In this document: piece by piece, positions 8,356 through 18,534 of the stretch
How the letters are laid out: every line of letters starts with the position of its first letter
How positions within the stretch are numbered: position 1 is the first letter of the stretch
Virus record (IMG/VR): IMGVR_UViG_3300025133_000082
Reading direction: 5' to 3' (one strand)
DNA: 64,000 bases
Origin: an uncultured virus (IMG/VR IMGVR_UViG_3300025133_000082)
Taxonomy: Duplodnaviria > Heunggongvirae > Uroviricota > Caudoviricetes
Notes under the pieces: generated by a model
Seen by the model: only the letters and a program-made list of their open reading frames with translations
What the model was told of the DNA's origin: nothing
Databases searched by the model: none
Position numbers and translations under genes: made by a program

Positions 8356-10407
8356 TTATCTCTCTGATAATTGTTTCTTATATTTAGTAAGTCTCTGAAA
8401 GACTACCGTCAAGAGTTCTTTGTCTCCTGAAACATAATCAAATGCCTCGATGATTTGGTTCATAAAGATGGAATCTGGTTTGTTGAAACCCGCCCCGTCT
8501 TTCTCTTGTGCGCCATCACATCTATTTAACAGGAAGGTGATGTCGTCAAAGACTTTCTCTTCATCAACCTCAATAACCTCAATAACATCATCTACGAGAC
8601 GCTCACGCTTGTTTTTAACTGTATCTATAGCCTGTGCCTTAACAATCTCTTTAATGCGCTCATCGCGCTCCTCACGAGTCTCCTCGATCACTTGGTTTGA
8701 AGTGGAGGCCACTATTGATACTTCATTCTCAATAGCGTTCTGGATCATCTCTTTTTTACGATCTAAGAGATTTAGGACATGGAGATCAAGATCACAATCA
8801 GTGACTAATCGGATATACTGTAGGCTATCAGCCTCTTGTCCAATTCTACAGATGCGATCCTCTGCTTGTAGATTGAGCGCAGGGTTCCACTCTTGGTCGC
8901 AGAAGATCATCTTAGATGCTCTGGTAAGAGTGATACCAACACCGCCTGCTTTGATTGTACAAGCGATACCCTTGAGTAGACCCGCTTGGAAAGCCTCGAC
9001 AACCTCTTGACGCTTCGATTGTGGAGTATCTCCCATGATGATCTCCCAACCGTCACGCTCTCCCATAGCCTCGATTGGCGCACGATGCGCAGAGAAGACA
9101 ACGATAGGTTCATCTGCGTCCTCAAACGATTCTACCATCTCAGTGAGAGCAGGGATGCGTGATGATGCAAGTTCTGCTCTCAGCGTAGAGAACTCAGAGA
9201 AGTGAGGTAACTCTCCTACCCCATACTCTTTAAGACTCTCTAACGCCTTCTTAGAGAGTTTCTCAAGACTCTTGGAACATCCAACCAAGATGTCCTGATA
9301 AGTCTTAGGGGGGAGGCTTGTCAGAACCTCGGTTTTGAGCCTGCGAAGCATTACTCTTCTCATCTTCTCTGGGACAGAAGGGTCAGGTGTCCCAAACTCC
9401 CAACCGCCCCAATAATTTTTATATGCGTTCATCGATTTAGTGAACCCCTTGAAGCCACCAAAGATCTCTCTCCCCATACCGAAGGTGCTGACCACGCCCC
9501 ACAGGTCAAACCCCTTAGAGAGAAGAGGTGTACCCGTCATCGCCCAAGTCTTCTTACACAGGCTAGAGAGGATCTTTGTACGCTTAGATCGAATGGCCTT
9601 GTGGCTCTTACAGAGGTGAGCTTCGTCAGCGATGAGAGTAGTCTCAGCGAGAATCTCTCTCCACTCCTGAGATACATCACATTCTTGTCCCCACTTATCT
9701 GTAGGGGTAAACTCTTTAGGTAGGATGTCGTAATTGATGATAACAACCTCATCCTTAGCAGGAAGCACAAAACCTTTACGCCCTTTGCAGACGATAGGTG
9801 TAAGGTCAGATCTCCATTTCTTGACCTCGTTTGCCCAATTAATCTTGATGGTAGCGGGACAGATCACGATGGCTCTCCCGCCTTCCTCGATAGCCATAAG
9901 ACTTTGGAGAGTCTTTCCAAGACCCATGTCATCTGCGAGGAGACATTGATCATGTGAAGCGAGGAACTTAACACCCTCTAACTGGTAGTCATATGCACCG
10001 CCATTCTTGGCGCGGGACACAGCATCAATCACCGAAGCATCATGCTGAACAATATCAAACCCTTCTGGGAAGGAGAGGTTTAGTCGCTTAACTCCCTCCA
10101 TGACCCGCGAACGATCACGAGTCTCAAGGGAAACCACCCAACAAGTGTTCTCTCGATCAAACCGAGCCTTGGGCATACCTCGAAGAATCGGGAGAGAATC
10201 AGCCTCATAAGGCATAAAGATTTGACCCTGCTCATTGATGAGACGATCATCAGAGGGGACTTCTACCCCTGCATCCTCGATGCAAACATTAGATTTACAG
10301 AGTGTGATCCACTTCCCAGCTACCTTCGTAGCGAAGCCTTCTGCTTCTCCAACAAAGATCTTACACTGAGAACATTTTTTTCCGAAGCGATTACTTATCA
10401 TTTTCAT
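8356..10407 (-). CDS. SNF2/HARP-type helicase with N-terminal zinc finger
   Basis: YQ..GV, LADDMGLGKT, DEAH, TGTP, GGVGITLT, WNPA...QAEDRICRIGQ; N-terminal CxxC. Confidence 0.92.
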   Translation of the reverse strand: MKMISNRFGKKCSQCKIFVGEAEGFATKVAGKWITLCKSNVCIEDAGVEVPSDDRLINEQGQIFMPYEADSLPILRGMPKARFDRENTCWVVSLETRDRSRVMEGVKRLNLSFPEGFDIVQHDASVIDAVSRAKNGGAYDYQLEGVKFLASHDQCLLADDMGLGKTLQSLMAIEEGGRAIVICPATIKINWANEVKKWRSDLTPIVCKGRKGFVLPAKDEVVIINYDILPKEFTPTDKWGQECDVSQEWREILAETTLIADEAHLCKSHKAIRSKRTKILSSLCKKTWAMTGTPLLSKGFDLWGVVSTFGMGREIFGGFKGFTKSMNAYKNYWGGWEFGTPDPSVPEKMRRVMLRRLKTEVLTSLPPKTYQDILVGCSKSLEKLSKKALESLKEYGVGELPHFSEFSTLRAELASSRIPALTEMVESFEDADEPIVVFSAHRAPIEAMGERDGWEIIMGDTPQSKRQEVVEAFQAGLLKGIACTIKAGGVGITLTRASKMIFCDQEWNPALNLQAEDRICRIGQEADSLQYIRLVTDCDLDLHVLNLLDRKKEMIQNAIENEVSIVASTSNQVIEETREERDERIKEIVKAQAIDTVKNKRERLVDDVIEVIEVDEEKVFDDITFLLNRCDGAQEKDGAGFNKPDSIFMNQIIEAFDYVSGDKELLTVVFQRLTKYKKQLSER

Positions 10408-10513
10408 ACCCCTTGAGGTTTCATGGTTACCTGACTTAGAAAGTCTACTACAGTTAAAACACGTTTTTCAACAGCAATCGTTCAAAATAATTAAATTTAT
10501 TTTTCCCTTTTGG

Positions 10514-11386
10514 CTATGAAGACTTAGACTTCTCTTGATAGAACTCTTTTAGAATATCCGAAGCTAAGAGGGCCATTGGGCCTCGATACTGCCCTGTGAG
10601 TTTAACTCCTGTCGCGAACCCAGACTCAAAGAATGAGTCACTAGAGACTAACGCGCTCAATCCTGTTCGTTCCCAAGAGTCTTCAGTATCTATCTGATTA
10701 GGGTCACCCAAAATAATCACAGTAGAGTTAGACCCCACCCGACTTAACGCGGTCATTAATTCATGTACGCTCGTATTCTGAGCTTCATCGATGATCACTA
10801 CACAATTCTCAAAGTGTAGACCTCTGAGTAATTCTAGAGGCTGAAAAGTGATCTTCCCCTCCTCTTCTAATTGATATAGATGATGCTCAAAGTTTTCTCC
10901 TAAAATCTTCCTTAGAGACGCTAAGTAGGAATCTATATACCCCTCCATTTTCTCTCGATGATCCCCAGAGATTGTCCCCATCGCATTACTCCGTAAACCC
11001 ACATAAACAGTAGGTTTACACAGTATCAAGGATCTACCTTTCCGAAAGACTTCATTCATGCCGTAGGCTAAGGCGCATGAAGTCTTACCCGTACCCGCCC
11101 CACCTATACCCACAATCAAGTCATAATGAGTTAATGCCCAGAAGAAACAACTTTGTGTTGCATCCTTTGGAGATAACCCTTGATAAGATAAACCCTTAGT
11201 GTTTATACGGACTAATTGATCACCTTCGTAAGCGACCAAAACACTTTGTGTCTCACATAAGGTTGTTAATAAAAAAAATAATGAGTCAACACCCTCCTCT
11301 CCCAACACATCATTACCCACTTTCCCCTCTTTATAAATTTTATTTATTACACTACTCTCTGTAACGATCCTTTTTAATTCAAGCAT
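10514..11386 (-). CDS. phoH: PhoH-family ATPase
   Basis: GGAGTGKT, LLRG, IIDEAQN, LSRVG, LGDPNQID. Confidence 0.92.
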   Translation of the reverse strand: MLELKRIVTESSVINKIYKEGKVGNDVLGEEGVDSLFFLLTTLCETQSVLVAYEGDQLVRINTKGLSYQGLSPKDATQSCFFWALTHYDLIVGIGGAGTGKTSCALAYGMNEVFRKGRSLILCKPTVYVGLRSNAMGTISGDHREKMEGYIDSYLASLRKILGENFEHHLYQLEEEGKITFQPLELLRGLHFENCVVIIDEAQNTSVHELMTALSRVGSNSTVIILGDPNQIDTEDSWERTGLSALVSSDSFFESGFATGVKLTGQYRGPMALLASDILKEFYQEKSKSS

Positions 11387-11474
11387 AGAGCCTCCTAAAT
11401 CGGTTTACTCTATTCTATCAAATTACAATTACTCTACGCCTTTTCATACATCATAAAAAGAATAGGAGACTCTT

Positions 11475-11597
11475 ATGTATGACCATGAAGCAAAAAAGAC
11501 CTTATTATTTCTCATTTTAGTCTTTTGGACTGTCGGGATCTTTAAAAGTCTAGGTTATCATCTTGATACCGAATGGTTATCTTCACTCATGCCGTAA
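11475..11597 (+). CDS. 40-aa single-TM micropeptide (not in ORF track)
   Basis: AGGAG at 11464-11468 then ATG; MYDHEAKKTLLFLILVFWTVGIFKSLGYHLDTEWLSSLMP. Confidence 0.5.
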   Translation: MYDHEAKKTLLFLILVFWTVGIFKSLGYHLDTEWLSSLMP

Positions 11598-12280
11598 GGG
11601 ATGGGTGGTTCTATTACGTTTAACTCATAAAGAAAGTTAAACGTAAGAGGGTACAGGTCACTTAGATAATCTCTTATCCCCATAGCGACCTCTCGCGTTT
11701 CTTGTTGTGTATGTGAATCCAACCTCAAGACTAGGAACTTTATAAAGTTATTTAAGTTTCCACTCATCCAGAACGAGGTGAATTGAGATTGAGGTAGAAT
11801 CATTCGAGCTTGCTCTCTAGCAACCCCACCCTCAATTAGAGTTTGATATGTCTGGACAGAGTTTTCAATTATCTCTCTCATTATCGCTTGATCTAAATAA
11901 CGGTCATTAAGTTTCCCCTCGCTACACTGAAGATCATTCTTACTCTGTGATCTTAGGTGGTCAGGTTGATAAAACTTGTTGATATTCTTTGAAGTATATC
12001 TCCTTGAGACTTCATTATAAGAGAAGGTTCTATGTCGCATAATTTGTGATCGCACAAATAATGGACAATTCACTCTGAAGGTGATGTAACAATGCTCAAG
12101 AGTAGAAGTGTGCTTGTTTTTTATCAGGTAGCGTAAGAGTTTTTTGTCCCTATCCGATAGATCGCGATCCTCCATCTCTCCTGTTTCATCAAACGAGACT
12201 CTTGCAGAGTCGACTATCGTTTTATCGTCTCCCATACTTGAGATTAGATCTACTCCAATATCTGCATATTTAACTGTCAT
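11558..12280 (-). CDS. thyX: flavin-dependent thymidylate synthase
   Basis: SARVS, H.STLEH, RHRTFSYNEVSRRY signature, REQARMILP, HTQQETR. Confidence 0.96.
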   Translation of the reverse strand: MTVKYADIGVDLISSMGDDKTIVDSARVSFDETGEMEDRDLSDRDKKLLRYLIKNKHTSTLEHCYITFRVNCPLFVRSQIMRHRTFSYNEVSRRYTSKNINKFYQPDHLRSQSKNDLQCSEGKLNDRYLDQAIMREIIENSVQTYQTLIEGGVAREQARMILPQSQFTSFWMSGNLNNFIKFLVLRLDSHTQQETREVAMGIRDYLSDLYPLTFNFLYELNVIEPPIPYGMSEDNHSVSR

Positions 12281-13719
12281 TTAGATTCTTTCTTAGGTGA
12301 GACTAACTCTATACCCACTACACCGTTGTTTGGTTCAACTCGGAACATTGCTAATTGAGGTCTATTCAGACTGTACCCCATCAGTTTGTGCCAACGATCT
12401 GTACCGCTCAAGGCAGGCATTGTCCAGACTCTACAACCATTATACTCATTCACTTTTAAAATCAAGCTGTGAAGATGTCCTGTGAACCATTCCCAATTAC
12501 CTGCACATTCTCCCCAATCCTTCGGCTTCTCCCCCGACATCAAATTTGGGAGTTTATTATGTTTAACAGAATCCCCATGATTAAACCCTAGAAGGGATTT
12601 ACCATAACGTATGTAGGCAGAACCCTGTGACCCGTCAATAACTTCTATATCATCGTCAGAATTGAATCTCGCAGAGAGCATCATGCCGAGCATACCTGAT
12701 AACAGTCTATCGTGGTTCCCTGTCATTGCCACAATTTTCACAGGTGCGCTTGTAGATAGTCTTAATATGATAGACTCCATCGTTGAGTAAGCAATCGCCA
12801 TCATCTCCGATACGTCAGTATCAGTATCCATCGGTGTACCCCTCTCAGTCGTACCTCGATAATTATCGACATGAATCATGTCACTACCACAAGTGATTAC
12901 CCAAAAGTCAGGTACTCCCCATGTTCTCTCTGCCTTCTCTTGTGCTTTTGCGGTAGTATTGATCGCCCTAGAGGAAGCAATTTTAGAATTATAACCGTCT
13001 ACTCCACGTTTACCTATGTGTAAATCGGTTAGACCCAGTATAGCCACATAAGGTTTATTTGACTTTTCAACAACTTTTCTTGGTCTTGGGATCTTTATTG
13101 TCTCTAATCGATCTCCGATCCCTGTGATTAAATGTTTTAAAAGTGCTTTATCTTCAAAACCTTTCTGCGCTTCTCTCAAACTCTTCTGATGAGCTTTAAC
13201 AAGTACCCGTTGTTCTTTTGCTTTTAAGAGAGAGTCTACAAGAGACTCTTCTCCCTCCGAGATAACTGTTTCAGAAGAGAATGGAATACTATCATGAGTC
13301 TTACCCAAGACACTGAGGATCTTCTGAACAGTGACTCTGCTTAATAAATATTTTCCAGCGATTTGGTTTATGGTCATTCCGCCAGAGTAATTAGAATAAT
13401 CTTTTAATAGACTATCAATCTTATCTCGACTAACGCGAACACTTGGAGGTTGGTCGGGCAACCCAAAAAAGATGTACTCTTTCTTCGTATCATCATAATG
13501 ATAACTAGATTCATCATTACCAAAAAAAGAAGTCTTCACTTGTTCCGTAGAGACGATTGTTTCTTTTTCAACATCTAAGGGTACTTCTATCTCAAAGTAT
13601 AGGAAACCATCGGCTCTTCTTTCTCTTTTGATCTTTCCCCTCCGAACCCTTCCCCTGAGGGCCTCACCACTAATCCCTAATACTGAAGTCGCCTCTCTTC
13701 TATTTAACCATTTTTTCAT
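12277..13719 (-). CDS. calcineurin-like metallophosphoesterase with N-terminal HTH
   Basis: DLHIG, GSD..H, GNHD, HGD, GHLH; N-terminal WLNRREATSVLGIS...RGRVRRGKI excisionase/MerR-like HTH. Confidence 0.85.
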   Translation of the reverse strand: MKKWLNRREATSVLGISGEALRGRVRRGKIKRERRADGFLYFEIEVPLDVEKETIVSTEQVKTSFFGNDESSYHYDDTKKEYIFFGLPDQPPSVRVSRDKIDSLLKDYSNYSGGMTINQIAGKYLLSRVTVQKILSVLGKTHDSIPFSSETVISEGEESLVDSLLKAKEQRVLVKAHQKSLREAQKGFEDKALLKHLITGIGDRLETIKIPRPRKVVEKSNKPYVAILGLTDLHIGKRGVDGYNSKIASSRAINTTAKAQEKAERTWGVPDFWVITCGSDMIHVDNYRGTTERGTPMDTDTDVSEMMAIAYSTMESIILRLSTSAPVKIVAMTGNHDRLLSGMLGMMLSARFNSDDDIEVIDGSQGSAYIRYGKSLLGFNHGDSVKHNKLPNLMSGEKPKDWGECAGNWEWFTGHLHSLILKVNEYNGCRVWTMPALSGTDRWHKLMGYSLNRPQLAMFRVEPNNGVVGIELVSPKKESK

Positions 13720-13754
13720 AAAGTATCTCCTTAGTTTAGATACTCATAATAACA

Positions 13755-15686
13755 TTAGATCTCGCAAATTCCACCTACACACGCAATCTCAGAACTGCCT
13801 TGACTCATATCTCGATTCTCATAATCCCCTAATTTTGAAAAATCAACTTTTGGGAAATCCTGTATAATATCAAGATATTCTTCTTCAGAGATCTCTTCAA
13901 AGGGAGCGAGTTTATAATTTCCACCGTCATAAGGTAAGAATGATAATCCTACAACTTCATCAAAATGATCCCACAACCAATCACCCACCTTCCCCCAATC
14001 CCCATCTTTAACATAGATTGTAGCGGATTGATTGTGGCCCTTCTTCTTACACCAATTTTTCATAATACGGAGATACCTCTCCATCTGTTGGAAACTATCC
14101 TCATCACTTCTTAACATACTCTCTGAAGGGGATTTGATGGGGAACCTAAATACCCATGTTTTCACTTCCTCTTCATCAAGATATTCTTGCCCCACTTCTG
14201 GAAACATAGGAACGCCCTGATCGCTTAGTAATGAGGAGAGAGGGTCATCAGCAGATACTCGTATGTGTCTATAATAATACTCAGAGTATCTTGGATGAAA
14301 CCCACTCGCACAATCCAACATCTGAGATGTGTTCCCTGAAGGTTTCCCACAAGTGATAGCTACAGGACAATTAATCCCAAGGTGTGTAGAAGCCTCTTCT
14401 GCTGTCTCTAAGGCTACTTTATTAAGTTCTGATAGGACAGAGCCATAGGCGAGTAATTCTGCATTGTCACACTGTCCTGTCAAGTCTACTCCTATGAGCC
14501 TATCCTCCTCACACAATTCCTTCCAAGCAGGTCTTAGATATGGGAAGTAAGTGAAGGTCGCTTGAAGACAACCAATCCATGTAGCGATTCTGACTTTCTT
14601 TTTAAGACTCTCAAGTGTGTCTTTGGGACGCACAACGACAGCGGAGAGATTACAAAACTGACCACCCCCACCCTCTCCTGTCCAAGGGTCACTTGCTTCC
14701 CTATATCTTAACGAAATCTCATGACATGGATTTGAGCGGGAACCGCCTTTTGGTCTGTCTGCATACTTCCACCAGTTATCAATACTAAAGCCTCTCTCTC
14801 CTGAACCGCTCTCAGCTAGTGCCTCCCACTCTCGGTCAAAGACCTCTCTAGAAGGTTTGTCCTCAAAATATGCACTATTATTAGACATATATCGCTTGAT
14901 AGGGAAGTCACCTCTCTTCCAATCTTTAGCGTGTCTCATATCCTCATCATCAGGATCCGAGAAGGAGATCATCGCGCTCCTCCTGACCCCCCCAACAACG
15001 ACCACTTCTGCTAAAGCACAGCAGATGTCGTACACTTCAATCGTCTTGAGTTTTCTCCCCTCTGCCCCTCTTATCGTATTGGTAAGAAAATCAATCGCCT
15101 TCTGTAGAGGCTCTGGGCCTGAAGCTCTTCCGCCTTTGGTTTTTAACTGACTACCTCTCGGCCTAATTAGAGAATAATCTAATTCACACATTTCTCCTTT
15201 ATAAGAAGAGACAAGCGCAAAGTAAACCGCATCCGCCCACCCATCACTACTGTCTTGGATTTGGTGGATTGTTAAATCATTATCAATACTTAGACTGATC
15301 TCAGGAAGGTTGTTTATAAACTTCTTCTCAACACTAAACCCGACTCCTGTCCCCTGCATAAGAATGTAGATCAATTCAGAGAATGCTTTTAGGTTATCTA
15401 TAGGGAGAAAAGAACAGTTATAAATACAAGTATTATCGACCTTTGCGAAGGCTCCTGCGCCCCACAATGAGCGCATCGAAGGCATGACCTCTTGCTCCAT
15501 GACCCCCCACCAAATATCGTTTTTTATCTCTTTAGATAAGTCTTTATCTTGAGTCAAAAAGTCAAAAACCCGACTTACAGTTTCAGGCCAGATCTCCCTC
15601 CGTTTCTCGGTTTCATCCCATCTAGCGTATGAACGCTGATATACCAATTCTCCAAGATCATTTTTAAACCACTCCGTTTTATTCAT
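13755..15686 (-). CDS. nrdJ: class II (adenosylcobalamin-dependent) ribonucleotide reductase
   Basis: YNCSF, GTGVGF, GGRASGP, VVGGVRRSA, NPCHEI, FCNL, KPSGN, C-terminal ACVGGICEI. Confidence 0.95.
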   Translation of the reverse strand: MNKTEWFKNDLGELVYQRSYARWDETEKRREIWPETVSRVFDFLTQDKDLSKEIKNDIWWGVMEQEVMPSMRSLWGAGAFAKVDNTCIYNCSFLPIDNLKAFSELIYILMQGTGVGFSVEKKFINNLPEISLSIDNDLTIHQIQDSSDGWADAVYFALVSSYKGEMCELDYSLIRPRGSQLKTKGGRASGPEPLQKAIDFLTNTIRGAEGRKLKTIEVYDICCALAEVVVVGGVRRSAMISFSDPDDEDMRHAKDWKRGDFPIKRYMSNNSAYFEDKPSREVFDREWEALAESGSGERGFSIDNWWKYADRPKGGSRSNPCHEISLRYREASDPWTGEGGGGQFCNLSAVVVRPKDTLESLKKKVRIATWIGCLQATFTYFPYLRPAWKELCEEDRLIGVDLTGQCDNAELLAYGSVLSELNKVALETAEEASTHLGINCPVAITCGKPSGNTSQMLDCASGFHPRYSEYYYRHIRVSADDPLSSLLSDQGVPMFPEVGQEYLDEEEVKTWVFRFPIKSPSESMLRSDEDSFQQMERYLRIMKNWCKKKGHNQSATIYVKDGDWGKVGDWLWDHFDEVVGLSFLPYDGGNYKLAPFEEISEEEYLDIIQDFPKVDFSKLGDYENRDMSQGSSEIACVGGICEI

Positions 15687-17079
15687 CTTTATCCTCTAAT
15701 GGAGACACATCAATTATCCGTTCAGATTGAGAGGGTTTAGATCCTCCCCCTTCTCGACCATAGCCTCCGAACAGTCGAGAGATAACACCTGACCCCTTAG
15801 CTTTTATCATTACTTCATCTTGTCCCAATGGGTTCATAATCTCTTTACTGTCTTTTATGATCTTAGTTAAGACTTCCATCTCTTTTGAGACTTCGGGATT
15901 TAGACCCATCCCCTGCGTTTTTTCTGCAAATGCTGTGAAGAGAACCCGCTCTCCTTGGATCTCTATGATTCTGTTTAGTAGAGCATTAACATCATCAGGC
16001 GTATCAACACGCGGTCTGGTTGAGATTGAACAATCACTTCCCTCCATAAACGCAGGACACTGTGAAGCTAGATAACACGAATTACATTCCCGTAAGTATC
16101 CGATACCCGCTTCCCTAGATGCAAGTTTTGTATCTTGGTTTTTTCTTTGTAATTGTGTTTGTTGAGTTTTTTTCTTCTCTTTTTTCATGTCAGATCCTTC
16201 GTCTCTAGACCGATGAGTAGAAGCATAGACCGCTTGAGCGTATAAACTCCACTGGTGAGCGTTCCAAAGATTTATTGAATCCCTATCCTCTGCTAAAAAA
16301 GAATCAAAATCTATCCCCAACGAGTCACATTTACTCTTTAGGTTCATCTTCGGGTCTTTAACCCTACTACTCTTTTTGTTGTAGAGGACTAATTTTAAGT
16401 TACCAACATAATTGTAAATATTTCCGTATTTCTCCCCTGTCAGCCAACTCGGACTTGAGATAGACCAAAACAAGCCTTTTAAGACCGTTTCTTTGTCCCC
16501 CCTATTCCACCCATGAAGTTTGGTTCCTTCTGCTCTAAGAAGGGATCTTAGAGGGTTTAAATGGTATATCAGGTCACTACTCTTCACTGAAGGACAAACT
16601 CCTATGTACTTGTATGTCTTTATCAAGTGAGTAACATCTTGCTCACTAAAATCTAGTGTAGGCATACACTTGTCTTTAATTACGGACATAAGGACATCAA
16701 GATCTAACCCTACAACACTGGGGATTCTCGGAATACAAACGACATCAAGATAAGATTCGTATCTTATACACCAGTCCCTGTATGCCTCAATTTTACACCT
16801 TATCTCTTCTCTTATGTGGATACGGCCTGAGTCTAAACTCCCATGCCTCCTGATAAGTCGAGATAATTTTAAGGAACCCTTCTCTTCAAAAGCATATTTA
16901 TACTTGTTCCAAAGACCCTTAATCTCAAACTGAATAACAACCCAACAGGAAGTGTCCACTTTGGACAGGAAGTGGGGAGTCTCCTTTAGAGCATAATCTA
17001 TAACTACGCCTCGAAGATCTAACCCATTCAAAGTCTCAAGCCTATTTGCCCTCGAAAGTCCCGAAAGACAAACAATCAT
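15679..17079 (-). CDS. degenerate TGT/DpdA-like barrel fused to a Cys-rich C-terminal domain
   Basis: YIGV...KLHGW...SISSPSWLTGEKYG resembles the HxxG...SxDSxSW..G..YG pattern of phage TGT-like proteins; CNSCYLASQC...C cluster. Confidence 0.5.
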   Translation of the reverse strand: MIVCLSGLSRANRLETLNGLDLRGVVIDYALKETPHFLSKVDTSCWVVIQFEIKGLWNKYKYAFEEKGSLKLSRLIRRHGSLDSGRIHIREEIRCKIEAYRDWCIRYESYLDVVCIPRIPSVVGLDLDVLMSVIKDKCMPTLDFSEQDVTHLIKTYKYIGVCPSVKSSDLIYHLNPLRSLLRAEGTKLHGWNRGDKETVLKGLFWSISSPSWLTGEKYGNIYNYVGNLKLVLYNKKSSRVKDPKMNLKSKCDSLGIDFDSFLAEDRDSINLWNAHQWSLYAQAVYASTHRSRDEGSDMKKEKKKTQQTQLQRKNQDTKLASREAGIGYLRECNSCYLASQCPAFMEGSDCSISTRPRVDTPDDVNALLNRIIEIQGERVLFTAFAEKTQGMGLNPEVSKEMEVLTKIIKDSKEIMNPLGQDEVMIKAKGSGVISRLFGGYGREGGGSKPSQSERIIDVSPLEDKDE

Positions 17080-17084
17080 TCTTT

Positions 17085-17474
17085 TTACCCCTCTGTCGAT
17101 TCACCCTCTTGATTGAGTTTTACTCCCATGAGTTCCGCTACATTTTTTAGACTTGTAGAGTTTATATGACTGAAGATCTGAGCCAATTCCCCCACGACTC
17201 GTACCGCACTGATCTGATCTTTAACATCAGCACACATTCTCAATATCTCATGGGCATTAGCTACGCGCTCCATCTTTAAATTATCAAGGGTAGTAATCGG
17301 GAGAACCTGTCCACTTTTGTTCATAATCAGAAGAACTGCTGTGACAATCTCTTCTTCAAATTGATTATTAACGGTGAAATCTGCTTCGTTTTTAGAAGTC
17401 TCTTCCGCTACTTCTTGCTCTACTTCTTCCTCTACTTCATTCAATCGTTCTGTGTTTTCAACGTATTCAGACAT
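17085..17474 (-). CDS. acidic hypothetical protein
   Basis: 129 aa, coupled to its neighbours. Confidence 0.75.
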   Translation of the reverse strand: MSEYVENTERLNEVEEEVEQEVAEETSKNEADFTVNNQFEEEIVTAVLLIMNKSGQVLPITTLDNLKMERVANAHEILRMCADVKDQISAVRVVGELAQIFSHINSTSLKNVAELMGVKLNQEGESTEG

Positions 17475-17793
17475 TTAGTCTACTCCATGTATTTTCTGTT
17501 GGTATAAATTTAACTTCTAATCCAGAGGTGACTACAGAAACCTCTGAGCATTGTACTCTAGGGTGCGCCTTTGAATGGACTAGGTAGTCCGTTGTATTTG
17601 CCCACAGCCCTAGACAACTGTCTTCAGGCGAGGAACAAATAGTCTCAGGATCTTCCCACCATTTGTCGACATAATCTCTGACCCCATTAAAGTCAACACC
17701 TTCCCCCTCTTTTGATAATTCTTCAACAATAAAAGTTAATTGGAAGCATAAAGAGGAACCAAGCATTTGTAATGTATACGATATTTTAAACAT
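17467..17793 (-). CDS. possible degenerate QueD/PTPS-like T-fold protein
   Basis: EGEGVDFNGVRDYV, SSPEDSC and terminal EVSVV echo the PTPS G...DF, P.xE and V.V elements; no zinc-binding His motif. Confidence 0.35.
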   Translation of the reverse strand: MFKISYTLQMLGSSLCFQLTFIVEELSKEGEGVDFNGVRDYVDKWWEDPETICSSPEDSCLGLWANTTDYLVHSKAHPRVQCSEVSVVTSGLEVKFIPTENTWSRLNV

Positions 17794-17795
17794 TT

Positions 17796-18068
17796 TTATC
17801 TCTTATGGATGAAGAGCTTCATCGCAGTTTTCTCTTCACCATCGATAATCTCTGTAGAAAACCCAGAGGTAAAGAAAAGATCATAACCGTTTGATGCGAT
17901 CATACTCCGCGCTATTGTTGCGCTTTTTAACATCTGATTTACTGCACCAGCACCAATCGCGGTAACACTCACTTCAATATCCTCTTGGAGGAATTTGGTA
18001 ATAGAACCTGCTACTTTGTCTACTTCAGATCGACCTGCAACCTTTAGATTTATTTTCTTATTAGCCAT
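17796..18068 (-). CDS. spoVS: SpoVS-family (Alba-like fold) protein
   Basis: LKVA..S...KVAGSI...AIGAGAVNQMLK...IAR...G.DL....GF....IDGEEKTAMK matches SpoVS end to end. Confidence 0.92.
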   Translation of the reverse strand: MANKKINLKVAGRSEVDKVAGSITKFLQEDIEVSVTAIGAGAVNQMLKSATIARSMIASNGYDLFFTSGFSTEIIDGEEKTAMKLFIHKR

Positions 18069-18534
18069 CTCTTAATGCCCTCTCGTTATTTCGTCTTGTT
18101 ATCTCTCTACTTATAGCAGAGTTTTTAAGATCATAACCGACAAGTACCGATTTTAATACCTTTAAATCCGCCTCGATGGTGGCAATTCTTTTTTTTAAAG
18201 ATCTAACGATTGTCGTTGAGAGGACAGCGTTCTTTGCTTCAGTGATACTCTTATACTTATTAGACAACCGATAGAGCCTTAACTCATAAGCCTCTTCGCA
18301 TTCCTCTTTTACTAAGATTAGACTCCCTTCCAAAACCGCAACCTTTTGGTGTGCGTAAGCGCAGAGACTCGACCAGTAAGATAAATGCTCCCCAAGTTCT
18401 CCATCATGAAGCGCACCTAAATCAGAGGGAAAGATTAATTCTTTAGACGGTCTTGTAGGTGTTGGTAATCCTAGAGAAGATAGAATATCTCTCGATCTTG
18501 AACCAAATTCAATTATTCCCTCTTCAAAGCTCAT
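18061..18534 (-). CDS. UvsY-like recombination mediator (coiled coil)
   Basis: All-helical, about 157 aa, ends SREITRR; lies in the recA operon. Confidence 0.5.
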   Translation of the reverse strand: MSFEEGIIEFGSRSRDILSSLGLPTPTRPSKELIFPSDLGALHDGELGEHLSYWSSLCAYAHQKVAVLEGSLILVKEECEEAYELRLYRLSNKYKSITEAKNAVLSTTIVRSLKKRIATIEADLKVLKSVLVGYDLKNSAISREITRRNNERALRDG

